From assembly GCA_020184695.1 (NCBI GenBank), contig JAANOX010000006.1, positions 42,700 to 106,699 of the forward strand: a stretch of DNA of 64,000 nt. The letters are read 5' to 3'. The stretch comes from Histomonas meleagridis 2922-C6/04-290x (lineage: Eukaryota > Protista > Parabasalia). The translations under genes were made by a program, and so were the position numbers. The notes beneath the pieces were generated by a model. That model was not told the DNA's origin. It saw nothing but the letters and a program-made list of their open reading frames with translations, and ran no database searches. This document shows, one piece after another, positions 33,434 through 43,815 of this stretch. Position 1 is the stretch's first letter, and the number at the start of each line of letters is the position of its first letter.

Positions 33434-34093
33434 TTATTATTAAAAATAGAGTAACATGAAAATATTTTTTTTATGGTAAAAATATGAATTATTGAAGAAA
33501 TTTTTACATCATAAGATGTATCATGTACATATGTAAATCATGTGAAAAAATTTAACATGATTCTACATGATGATTTATATATTTAATGAATATATCTTTG
33601 TATTTAATAAATTTGTCATGAAGAAATGTATTTCTTATTTAGATATATTTAAGTTTTAAATGAGATATTGACTTTTACCCAATGTAATTTATAAAATCTT
33701 GAATTTATGATTTTTATTTAAGATCATAAAGCAGATTACATCGATATAAATCATTTTTAAACAAAAGCTCTTCATTGAAATATGGTTCATCAGAGTATTC
33801 CCTTTAAATCATATATGATTTCTTTGGATGAAAATCTTATATTTCTATCCAACATTTTTACACTTGACATACTTCATGTGGAATAACTGTAAAAATATGA
33901 TCAAATTACAAAAACAAATTTATCAAATATTTTTCGATTATTTTCATGAAAAAAAATCCGAATACAAAATTATTTTGAAACGTTTCCACAAATAGTTTAG
34001 AAAAACAAATCGTAAAACTCATTCTTAAAATTATCAAATTATTAAGCTCTATTTTCATAAACAAAAAAATGGAAAATCCGAATATAAAATTAT

Positions 34094-34900
34094 TTAGAAA
34101 CACTTCCGGTGGATAAAACCTGGCCCTTCTTCATCGTATTTCTTCCGAGTAATAACCACTTGAAGCGATGCGATCTTCCTCCCTCCATTCCACGCAGCGT
34201 ATTTCGGTTCTTTAGCTAAAGAAGGGTATGCTGCGACATTTTTTTTTCATTGTCTACCGCGCGTGGTTAAGGAATTCATTCTCTATACGTTCCTGAAATC
34301 CTTCAAAACATTGCGTTACCACCAGAAAGAAAAACATTAGCGAAAAATCTTTACGAATGTTGGTGCGAAAAGAGTTTTGTTGACGCCTTTAAAATCGAAA
34401 CCATCGAAGCGCGGCTTGAAAGAAGTTCTGCATATTTGAAGCGCTCGTTGCCGATTGTGATCGCAATGCCATTAGGAAGTGTGCATTAGATATCGCATTC
34501 GGATGTGGAAGCTGCCCCCATCTTTTCATCAAAATCAAGTGCAACATAAGAAAGAGTTTCTTTGATGTTATTGACAAATTTCCGATCAGAATATATTATG
34601 AATATATCATCACGGCTATCAAACAAATTTATAAGATACTGTGTAATATAAGTTTGATTCCCTTGGTGGAACGTGAAAATGAATAACCTTTGTAAATTGG
34701 AACAACATGTTGTTGGGAAACACTTTTGCCTGAATCTAAAACAATACCAGTGGTACAGTTTGACAAACGGCTTGAATGCCAACATAGAATGCTGGAACGT
34801 TGAATGTTTCAAATTGAAGTTGGATCATCTTTTCAAGGCCAATCTTTGGATTCACTGGGGCTTCTGTTAGAAGAACTGGATCAACACATAATTCGTTGTA
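34094..34900 (-). pseudogene. 5'-truncated, frameshifted actin pseudogene
   Basis: [19 protein letters not shown]...[38 protein letters not shown] and a terminal KYDEEGPGFIHRKCF*, with many indels. Confidence 0.9.
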
Positions 34901-35158
34901 ATTGTTTGATATTCATTTTTCCCATAAAATTTCAAAGTGCCCTATCAGATCTAACTCCAATTTTCGAATAAGAATATCCTTATAAAAATTAAAAATAACT
35001 CGATAAAAACCATTTTAAAATTGATTATTTGAAATGTTTTTCATGATTCCAAAAAATATTTTTGTAAAACAAATTATTCATGAGGAACAAGTAAACAAAC
35101 GGCTTCAAAATTTAGATTAAACGTCCTTCTCTTTCATTGAATCTAAAAAAAATAAAAA

Positions 35159-35551
35159 ATGAAGAGATCTAATTCCCAAAATTATTGCGAAATTCATAAA
35201 AAGGCTCAAGAACAAAATGCATTACAGCAAAATAAAGCGCTTAAAGAAGAAGAAAAAGTTAGATATATTTTTTTCAATGGGATGAATTGTTCTATCAAAC
35301 CAAATGTTACAAGAGATATAATGTTAAAAAATGCACCTGTTGGTGTAAGTGTGAAATATCAATCTGCAATTTTGGTTTCCCATGCAGCACGCATATTTGC
35401 AGCAGAATTAGTTGAAACAGCAAGGAAACTTTCACCTGAAAATGCTCCACTTACACCGGATTTGATAAACATAGCTTTTGACATCATGGTACAAAGAGGG
35501 AAAATTCCTGGAAAAGGACCAGGAGTTTTAAAAGGAAATTATAGGATCTAA
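35159..35551 (+). CDS. TAF11: TAF11-like histone-fold TFIID subunit
   Basis: AILVSHAARIFAAELVETARKL...PLTPDLINIAFDIMVQRGKIP parallels the TAF11 histone fold (IAMSGISKVFVGEVVEEA...[21 protein letters not shown]), from memory. Confidence 0.62.
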   Translation: MKRSNSQNYCEIHKKAQEQNALQQNKALKEEEKVRYIFFNGMNCSIKPNVTRDIMLKNAPVGVSVKYQSAILVSHAARIFAAELVETARKLSPENAPLTPDLINIAFDIMVQRGKIPGKGPGVLKGNYRI

Positions 35552-35715
35552 CCATATTTTTTCTTTTTTCTTTTACAGCTTTTTGTTGTTTCACACATAT
35601 GGTAAATTTTGTTAAATATAACTAAAATGATTTGTAATTTTTTTTGGATAATTAATAAAAAAAAAATCTTGTTTACTAAGTAACGCTGATCAGTATACAC
35701 TAAAGAGTAACTTCT

Positions 35716-35889
35716 TTACCTTTCACATTCAACTTCTGGGAACATATCTTCTACATCAGCTGATGATGAGAGGTCTTTAATAACTTTCCTTGAACATGCG
35801 CAAACCCAAATTGTTGACATGATAAAAAGTATTACTGAAATCGAAAAAATAATGAATCCTATGATTGAAATCGTAGATATGCCTGCCAT
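35716..35889 (-). CDS. Putative small single-pass membrane protein
   Basis: MAGISTISIIGFIIFSISVILFIMSTIWVCACSRK plus an acidic tail; short ORF with no homology support. Confidence 0.35.
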   Translation of the reverse strand: MAGISTISIIGFIIFSISVILFIMSTIWVCACSRKVIKDLSSSADVEDMFPEVECER

Positions 35890-36286
35890 AACGAAATTTT
35901 GTTGTTTCACAAGTTTATATCAGCGACCGTTTCATTTTAGAACCGATCAAACTTCACAACGTTCAAAAAGTGGAGAAACAAAATGTGAAGTTTACAAAAA
36001 AGTCGAATATCCTACAATACAAAGTCCTACCAATAAATGTATAAGGAAACTTGATAGTGGAAACAACATTATGTTTTATTAATAAAAATTAATGATCATC
36101 ATGATTTAAATTAATACTCAACATTCAAATTTATCATGTGATTAATTTCAATTTGCTTTTGATTTTTTTTAATAAATTAATTTTTATTTTCCTTCATTTA
36201 AATATATGTCACTTTTTTACCACCTTTATTTGTCCACTTTTTTCGGTTTCCATCACTTTTTGAAGCAAAACCTCCACTAATTAAAA

Positions 36287-37543
36287 ATGTCTATAGACAC
36301 TCCTGTTATCATTGATGTTGGTACAGGTTATACCAAAATGGGATACTCCACAAACAATCGCCCTGACTACATTATTCCCACTCTTATTGGTAACAGAGAT
36401 CTCAAGAATGTCTCTCAAGCTCAAATGACTGGCACTGAAGATCTTGATTTCTATATTGGCTACGAAGCCATTCAAAACCAAACCTTATATCCCAACACTA
36501 ACATCATGAAACATGGTCAAATTGAAGACTGGGATAAAATTGAACAATTTTGGGAACAATGTCTCTTCAAATATCTTCGTTGCGAACCCGAAGATCATCC
36601 AATTCTTCTTACTGAACCACCATTAAACTCACCTGATAATCGTGAATACACCGCTGAAATTATGTTCGAAACTTTCAATGTACCTTATCTTTATATTGGT
36701 ATGCAAGCTATGTTAGCCATTGCTGCTTCATGGACTAAAGAAGGTCAACGTTCATCAACAGGCTGTGTTGTTGATTCAGGAGATGGTGTTACACATATCA
36801 TTCCAGTTGTCGAAGGTTATCCCATTTCTAATGCCATTCAACACGTCCCTGTTGCAGGGCGTGAAATGACTCTTTTCATTGCCGATTTATTGAAAGATCG
36901 TGAACCACAAGTACCACCTGAAGATCGTTTCAATGCAGCTCGTGACATCAAAGAACGTTTCTGCAAAGTATCCAAGCATCCAAGTGCCACCTTTGCCATG
37001 TTCGATAAGAATCGTTCCAAGTACATCGAAAAGTACCGTGGCGTTTCATCTAAGACTGGTAAGCCATTCGAATGCGAAGTAGGTTACGAACGTTTCCTCG
37101 CACCGGAAGTCTGGTTCTCGCCCGAACTTGTCAGCAGTGAATACACTACTCCAATTTCAGTGCTTATTGATCGTGCCATTCAATTATCGCCGATCACTAA
37201 CCGTATGCAACTTTACAACAACATTGTTTTGTCTGGTGGTTCAACAACATTTAAGGGACTCGCTGGAAGGTTGCAAGGAGATATTCAAGTATTAGTTGAC
37301 GAAAGATTAAGAGAAAACGCCGAAAGAGAATCAAAGAGAATCAATAGGAAGATTGAAGCAGGTAAAGTACCAGTGAGAATTGTCGAACATAGAAGACAAC
37401 AGTACGCTGTGTGGTACGGTGGTGCTATGTTGGCACAAGGTGGAAAGGCATTTTTGAATAAGTGCCATACGAAAATGCAATATGATGAGGTTGGACCATC
37501 AATCGCCAGAGCAAGCGCAATGTTCGGTGAGAGCGCTGTGTAA
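36287..37543 (+). CDS. ARP3: Actin-related protein 3 (Arp2/3 complex)
   Basis: [56 protein letters not shown] and ERFLAPE are Arp3-specific signatures. An upstream Inr TCACTT is at 36253. Confidence 0.95.
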   Translation: MSIDTPVIIDVGTGYTKMGYSTNNRPDYIIPTLIGNRDLKNVSQAQMTGTEDLDFYIGYEAIQNQTLYPNTNIMKHGQIEDWDKIEQFWEQCLFKYLRCEPEDHPILLTEPPLNSPDNREYTAEIMFETFNVPYLYIGMQAMLAIAASWTKEGQRSSTGCVVDSGDGVTHIIPVVEGYPISNAIQHVPVAGREMTLFIADLLKDREPQVPPEDRFNAARDIKERFCKVSKHPSATFAMFDKNRSKYIEKYRGVSSKTGKPFECEVGYERFLAPEVWFSPELVSSEYTTPISVLIDRAIQLSPITNRMQLYNNIVLSGGSTTFKGLAGRLQGDIQVLVDERLRENAERESKRINRKIEAGKVPVRIVEHRRQQYAVWYGGAMLAQGGKAFLNKCHTKMQYDEVGPSIARASAMFGESAV

Positions 37544-38099
37544 AGTCATTAAACAGTTTTCCTATGAAACATTTTATTTTCTTGAAGGCAGATTTTGGAC
37601 ATTAGAAAAAGTGAAAATTTGTGTGCTTTATTCAATGTACGATACGTATTTCCTTCAAAATTAAAAATTCATTGCAAAAGAATTGGAGCCATACAAAGAA
37701 AACTGATTTATATTGATTTCGTTACCTTTTCATAAATATGATATCAAGCATTTTCATTGATGAAAAATATTTAAATTAACATGTTCATTTCCAACTCTCA
37801 CAGACTAAGTTAATTTTGACTTAAAAGACGATTTCAAGAAACGGTTATTTCTAAAGTTCATTTCATTTTTCCTTTTTGCTCATACTTACATCTATTTTAA
37901 TCACATATTTTTACTTGTTAGTACAATTCTGTGAAGAACTTTTGGTAATCACATAAAATATCAATTTTGGGTTAATATAGTTTTTCATTAAACTTCCACA
38001 AGAACCGTCAGCTAAAATGTAAACCATTCAAAAATCACTTGATGCGTTTTGATTTTCTCTGATTAATTCACATTTTTAAACGTACATTCATTTTTTCTC

Positions 38100-38882
38100 A
38101 TGAATTTCTCACCACTTGCACCAACACGTTCAAGGAACCAAACACAGAGCAATAAATGGACTAAGGAAGAAGACCAATATTTAACGAATCTGATGAATCA
38201 AAATCCATCAATTTCTTGGTGTTCTTTAGTCCCTCTTTTCAAAGGAAAGACAGCACAACAGATTGCAGGAAGATGGGAGAAAGTACTTAATCCAAAGCTT
38301 GTAAAAGGATCTTGGACATATGAAGAAGACCAAATTATACGGAACTTTGTTCAAATTAATGGAGCTAAGGATTGGTACAAACTCGCAAAGCTTCTTCCAG
38401 GAAGGATTGGGAAGCAATGCAGAGAAAGATGGACAAATCATTTAAGCCCAACAGTTACAAAAAAATCATGGACTCTTGAAGAAGACCAGCGATTAATACA
38501 ACTACACAAAGAATTTGGGAATCAGTGGACACTGATTTCGAAGTATTTCGAAGGGAGAACTGATAATTGCGTTAAGAACAGATGGAACTCTTCTTTGAAG
38601 AGGAGAATAGAAAGAATAGCTAACGGAGAACCGGAATATCGTAAGCGAGGAAGGAAGCCAAAGGATCAATCCACAAAAATTATTCAGGATAACGAGGATA
38701 ATGAATCTGAATGTGGATCGCCAATACAAATGATCAATGGCCTTCCGGCAATTATGACGATTAACTGCTTTGCTCTGCCTACTTTTAAGGGATCCCCGAA
38801 TGGATGCGAAACTTCTATATCTCTTGAGGAAAATAGGCTTAATTTCCATAACCTTATTTCACGAAATGTATGTAAATCATAA
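38100..38882 (+). CDS. Three-repeat Myb transcription factor
   Basis: KWTKEED, KGSWTYEED, PGRIGKQCRERWTNHL and GRTDNCVKNRWNS repeats. Confidence 0.93.
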   Translation: MNFSPLAPTRSRNQTQSNKWTKEEDQYLTNLMNQNPSISWCSLVPLFKGKTAQQIAGRWEKVLNPKLVKGSWTYEEDQIIRNFVQINGAKDWYKLAKLLPGRIGKQCRERWTNHLSPTVTKKSWTLEEDQRLIQLHKEFGNQWTLISKYFEGRTDNCVKNRWNSSLKRRIERIANGEPEYRKRGRKPKDQSTKIIQDNEDNESECGSPIQMINGLPAIMTINCFALPTFKGSPNGCETSISLEENRLNFHNLISRNVCKS

Positions 38883-39116
38883 AAAAAATTGATTTTGAAA
38901 AAATTAGCATTTCTAATAATTGATGTGATTTAGCTAAATTTGTGTAGTCCTCTGAAAATGATTTGAAATTGTTACGTTCATAAAGTTGTCAAGCGAAAGC
39001 GTGTGTAAAATAAAAAATGCTTTTGATTAGAAGGAGATGCAAATTTGGGTAAAAAGTGACAGCTCTAGAACAAGAATTTTTTGGAATTTAAAACATTATT
39101 AATCGATATGTAAATT

Positions 39117-40148
39117 TTATATATTATTATTTCTAACTGCTATATGAAGTGCTGTTTCAAATTATTAAAACATATTCCAAATTATTAAAACATATTCCAA
39201 ATTATTCAAATGAATATTTATTGCATTAACATCAATTCCTTTATCTAAAAGTAATTTTACTATTTCTATATTATTATTCTTGACTGCTATATGAAGTGCT
39301 GTTTCAAATTATTAAAACATATTTCAAATTATTAAAACATATATAAAATTATTCAAATGAATATTTTTTGCATTAACATCGATTCCTTTTTGTTCTAAAA
39401 CATATTTCACAAGTTCAATATTTCCTGATTCTGAAGCAAATAATAAAATATTTTTTGGAATTTGATTATTTTGAAGGAAATATTTAACGAGATATAAATT
39501 TCCATTTCTTGCTGATGCATTTACAACATTGCTGTTGACTTTTATACCTTTTTTTTAAAAAAATGTTAAAATTTCATAATTATCCTCATTAATACATGCT
39601 AAAGCATTGATTTTTTCATCAGCATTTGATATATTTCCATTTTCATAAATATATTTAAAGATATCATTTCGATGAAATTCTATTGCTGTTTCAAATGCAC
39701 CATTAAATGATGAATGATTTTGTTCACATAAATGAAATATTTCTAGGTTTCCACCGGCAATTGCATATTTACCTGTATGGGTCAACCAACCTTACTTATT
39801 ATAGATTTTTTTAAAAATTTGGAATTATTTATAATGTTTCAAGCATCTCCTTAAGCTCACAAAATTCTTAAGTTCAAAATAGGGATTTCCAAAAAATTTG
39901 TAAAGCGCAATGTCAAAAAACCCTTGTTGCAAAAGTGGAAAGAATTTTTGAAAAATATTATTAACAAATACATAAGCTGTATTACGAATACCTAAAATAA
40001 TAATAATAAATAAAGTGCAAGTTGCCTCAAAATATTTTAGGCTTTCAAACATTTTACTTTCATGATGAAAACTTATAATGAAATTTACACAATCAATGAT
40101 ATCACAAAAATTTTTATATTGTTCAGGAACCCCATTCCTGAAATTCAC
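39117..40148 (-). pseudogene. DUF3447-ankyrin paralog A (internally deleted, spacer-interrupted)
   Basis: The N-terminus (40148-39825) resembles those of paralogs B and C. It contains TGKYAIAGGNLEIFHLCEQNH. Its ankyrin segments are nearly identical to gene B and are separated by two 60-nt spacers (39303-39362, 39156-39215). Confidence 0.8.
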
Positions 40149-40265
40149 ACTTTGGTTTATATTCGACGGTTTATTTCCGCATATCGGCGGCCTAGCTCGT
40201 ATTTGAGATGAAAACGATTATGTAAACTATACATTACATTCAATTATCAATAAATTGACACAAAA

Positions 40266-42441
40266 GTGGCATTTCATATGGAATCTCAAGTAAAAAGCGA
40301 TCATAAAAACGAATTCGTTTCCCGGGAAACATTACAATATATTAAGAATTTAATATTCAATTTAAACAAAGAAAATATTGTTCAATCATCAAAATCAATC
40401 ATAAGTAAATTTGATGATATTTGTCCATTATCTTTTAATATAATTATTGTTAGGATTACATATGCAATTGCCATCATGCGAATGAAAGATATTGATTTAT
40501 ATTTGGATTTTCTTAAAGAAATCAAAAAACTAGAAATGAACATTCATAAAGAAATTGACATTTTTGATATATATGGACATTTTCTTGTTTGTAAAAATAC
40601 ACAAGAATCATATTATCTTCTTGCAGAAATGATTGAAGATAATTTACTTGATAAAAAAATCATTCAAAATATAAAACATTCATATGATTCTAAAGGATAC
40701 TTTGTGCAATACATGCCAAATGAAACAATTAAAGAATTAGGGGATTATAAATTTACTGAATATATTCAAAAAAATTATGAAGAATTATCAAAGAATGATT
40801 GGGAGCTTCATAAGCAATTAATCAAAGAAGGACATAATCCAAATGAAATTGCAAAAATAATTCGAAATGATGAAATCGAAAAACTTCAAGAAATATCATC
40901 ACAAACAAATTTTAATTTTAATCAAACAATTGAACCATCACTTTATGAAAGATGTTCATTTGTTAATCAAAGAAATGTTACATTAATTGATTATGCAGCA
41001 TTTTTTTCTTCTATAAAATGTTTTAAATATTTACTTATGAATGGTGCAAAAGTAAATAATACAGGTAAATATGCAATTGCAGGTGGAAACCTAGAAATAT
41101 TTTATTTATGTGAACAAAATCATTCATCATTTAATAATGCATATGAAACAGCAATAGAATTTCATCGAAATGATATCTTTAAATATATTTATGAGAATAA
41201 ATTAGAAAAATACAATCAATGCCGAAAATGTCTGAAGATACAAATTATTTGGTAAGTTTTTGTATCAAAAAAGATAATTATGATATTTTATCATTTTTGG
41301 AAGAAAAAGGAATTAATGTTAATGCTTATAATATAAATGAATCAGCAAGAAATGGAAATTTATATCTCGTTCAATATTTTCTTCAAAATAATCAAATTCC
41401 AAAAAATATTTTGCCATATGCTTCAGAATCAGGAAATTTTGAACTTGTAAAATATATTTTAGAACAAAAAGGAATCGATGTAAATGCAAAAAATATTCAT
41501 TTGAATAATTTTATATATGTTTTAATAATTTGAAATATGTTTTAATAATTTGAAACATCACTTCATATAGCAGTTAGAAATAATAATATAGATATAGTAA
41601 ATTTACTTTTAGATAAAGGAATTGATGTTAATGCAAAAAATATTCATTTGAATAATTTGGAATATGTTTTAATAATTTTATATATGTTTTAATAATTTTG
41701 GATATGTTTTAATAATTTGAAACAGCACTTCATATAGCAGTTAGAAATAATAATATAGATATAGTAAATTTACTTTTAGATAAAGGAATTGATGTTAATG
41801 CAAAAAATATTCATTTGAATAATTTGGAATATGTTTTAATAATTTTATATATGTTTTAATAATTTTATATATGTTTTAATAATTTGAAATATGTTTTAAT
41901 AATTTGAAACAGCACTTCATATAGCAGTTAGAAATAATTATATAGAAATAGTAAATTTACTTTTAGATAAAGGAATTGATGTTAATGCAAAAAATATTCA
42001 TTTGAATAATTTGGAATATGTTTTAATAATTTTATATATGTTTTAATAATTTTGGATATGTTTTAATAATTTGAAACAGCACTTCATATAGCAGTTAGAA
42101 ATAATAATATAGATATAGTAAATTTACTTTTAGATAAAGAAGGAATTGATGTTAATGCAAAAACTATTTATTTGAATAATTTATAATATGTTTTAATAAT
42201 TTGGAATATGTATTAATAATTTGGAATATGTTTTGATAATTTGAAACAGCACTTCATATAGCAGTTAGAAATAATAATATAGATATAGTAAAATTACTTT
42301 TAGATAAAGGAATTGATGTTAATGCAAAAGATATTCATTTGAATAATTTAGAATATGTTTAAATAATTTGAAACAGCACTTCAAATTTCACAACAAAAAG
42401 GTTCCACAGAAATAGCAAATTTACTTCGTGAAAAATTCTAA
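40266..42441 (+). CDS. DUF3447-ankyrin paralog B; ankyrin segments separated by six non-coding 20-nt-unit spacers
   Basis: DUF3447-type core (TLIDYAAFFSSIKCFKYLLMNGA...YAIAGGN) with one frameshift near 41210. The 87-90-nt segments T(A/S)LHIAVRNNNIDIVNLLLDKGIDVNAKN alternate with spacers of 60, 80, 100, 80, 80 and 40 nt. It ends in a capping repeat TALQISQQKGSTEIANLLREKF*. Confidence 0.75.
41495..42372 (+). repeat. Nested repeat: 87-90-nt ankyrin segment + (20-nt unit) x 2-5
   Basis: Spacers at 41495-41554, 41642-41721, 41809-41908, 41996-42075, 42166-42245 and 42333-42372. The unit consensus is approximately ATATGTTTTAATAATTTG(G/A)A. Confidence 0.95.
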
Positions 42442-43116
42442 TTCAAAATCTTCTTCAATATACACCAAATCTTCATTTTCGATTATAAATTAAATAGAAG
42501 TAGAAAACATATTTTTAATCGAGACTCAAGCTTTTGAAATACAAGAAAAATGACAATTGTACCAGGTCTAATAATTGTTGAAGAATTCAAATAAATTATT
42601 ATATCAATTTATGTGTTTGATTAATAATTTAATAAATTCAATTTTAAAAAATTATGAAAATTCTGTTTTTTGGCATTATAAATGGTCATATATAGAATTT
42701 TGCCATTTTGAGCCTCAAATATTTGTATGTAGAAATTGTGGGGCCCTTATAATTTCTTGCAGGATTATACAAAAATGATGTAAACTGACATAGAATGAAT
42801 CTGGAATGTATGATATTATATTAAAATTAAGAACAAAAAATATATTGAAAAATTCGAAGCATGATGTTTTATAATTAGAAAAAAAAATTGAGTGTCACAA
42901 CGGAACACATGGCGTTTCTAATATACACAATTTACAAGATAATTCTTTATTATAAATTTAATCTTCTTTATAACGCTAATTTTTATCTCTTGCAAAATTA
43001 TCAATCTATTCAATATTAAAATATGTCTTCAGATATAAAGCAAAACTTATAAATCATATAATGCTATTTAGTGATTATTAATATTTTTAATAAAATTAAG
43101 AAACATTATATTTTAT

Positions 43117-43380
43117 TTATAAACAAAAGTTAGCTTTCTTATAATGCACTAAAATTTTCAAGTATTCAGCTGGATCAGCATTTAATCCAATTTCATGTAC
43201 AAATACTCTAATTTTTACATCTCCCACACTATCATTAGGCAAAAACAGCGTTCTAATTTTAATTGTTTCCAATGGCCATACAATATAATGTGTTGGGTCG
43301 AACATAATCAAATCTGGATGTGTTGTAGTTAACTTAATTTTCTGAGATTTATTATCTTTATTTACATAAGGTAAACTTTT
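43117..43380 (-). pseudogene. Possible Ig-like/MSP-ASH domain gene fragment
   Basis: LPYVNKDNKSQKIKLTTTHPDLIMFDPTHYIVWPLETIKIRTLFLP resembles an MSP/ASH beta-sandwich. The upstream frame is broken. Confidence 0.3.
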
Positions 43381-43815
43381 TTGGCACTTTCACAGTTAAC
43401 CAAAGAAATTTCTGATTTGCCGATACATTTTTGTTTCCGTTTGTTCTTAATTCTTTTATCTTTAATTTTGATACAGTGCCGGCTACAAAAATTTGACCAT
43501 TGGACATTAAGAAATTGTCCACTTTGTTGGCAAACAATTTTTGATCGTCTTTTTGGCGTTAAAGCTGTACGTTGGAAATTAAAAATTGTACACTTTTAAC
43601 CGTTGGGGAAAATATTAAATGCCATATTAATCCAATAAAAATTAAGTACAAAAAAATTAAAACAGTTGATTTCCATTCCTTCTTTATTCATAAATTCAAA
43701 AATATCATAGTTATGATATAAAATACATTTAATTCCTAACTCTTCTAGATTATGAATTTCTTCTAATTTGTTTTCATAAAAATATTTGAAGAAGGAAAAT
43801 CTTAATTTTTGTCTT

